NCBI GenBank assembly: GCA_030324005.1
Contig: JARDVH010000025.1
Location: forward strand, 45,031,504 to 45,095,503
DNA: 64,000 nt
Source of the DNA: Negaprion brevirostris
Lineage: Eukaryota
Direction: 5' to 3'
Part shown: positions 63,401-64,000 of the stretch, piece after piece
Numbering within the stretch: the stretch's first letter is position 1
How the letters are laid out: every line of letters begins with the position of its first letter
Notes under the pieces: model-generated
What the model was told of the DNA's origin: nothing
The model's database searches: none
The model's input: the letters and a program-made list of their open reading frames with translations, nothing else
Position numbers and translations under genes: made by a program

Positions 63401-63877
63401 TCCTTCAAGTTCAACAGTAATGCAAAGCAATTTCTGCTTCATGCTAATGCAAAAATGAACAGTGCACTGCCAGATTGAGGTCCCAACCTAACCAAGGAGC
63501 AAGAAGGAAAGACTTCCAGAGAAAAGTATTTGACACTATGTAGTGTGTCAATTCAACACTGTATCAAGCCCAACTTAAAAAGGGCTTTGAGATCCACTGG
63601 ATCCCAAACACATTTTATCTCCAGCTGCCATGAATTTAAATGTTTAGTGTCCACTCCTTTATGGACTCTCATACACTTGGTTAGAGAATCAGATTGGGCC
63701 CTGACACTGTATTTATAATCCATTTACACTAGAACTTCAGTATCCCTGCAAAGCAAAACCATTTGATTTTGATATTATAGATGGAGCACTGGATGAGCAG
63801 CCTTAGTCATTTCAAAATCATGGCAGATGGAAGGGAGCATCAGGCCTAAAGCAGGCAAATAGAAAGAATCCTCAATC

Positions 63878-64000
63878 TAACAACAACAAATTGAATTAAT
63901 ATTATACCTTTAGCCAAAGAAAATGCCCCAGCAGCTACACAGGAACATCGTAAAACAAAGATTAATACTGAGCCACGTAAGGAGATTTTAGAAAAAAATA
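63878..64000 (-). mobile_element. Probable L2 3' end (continues past the window)
   Basis: AACAACAAC tail followed by an L2-like terminal motif in reverse orientation. Confidence 0.45.

Overview
AT-rich eukaryotic genomic DNA with many N gaps. Its repeat content (HE1/V-SINEs, HER1/CR1 LINEs, Deu-domain SINEs, Rex1/Babar, L2) points to a cartilaginous fish, most likely a shark. The only host gene I can support is the 3' half of FBXL4 on the + strand: five coding exons at 17014-17258, 19689->19843 (runs into a gap), 31277-31348, 34463-34775 and 43484-43647 (TGA). I did not find the upstream exons in this window. Almost all other ORFs in the track are decayed retroelement fragments or noise. The most unusual object is a ~400-bp insertion at 46872-47270, 3.2 kb past the FBXL4 stop. 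It carries two U2 snRNA 5'-end modules, a fold-back stem that covers the U2 branch-point recognition sequence, an AATAAA/A-rich tail and a 12-bp target-site duplication, making it a candidate U2-derived SINE or chimeric retro-RNA. Also notable: a ~370-bp locally templated inverted insertion inside a CR1, one V-SINE head carrying two different tails, and spliced Myb/SANT (Harbinger-like) relics. All family assignments are by eye from remembered consensus motifs, and repeat boundaries are approximate.
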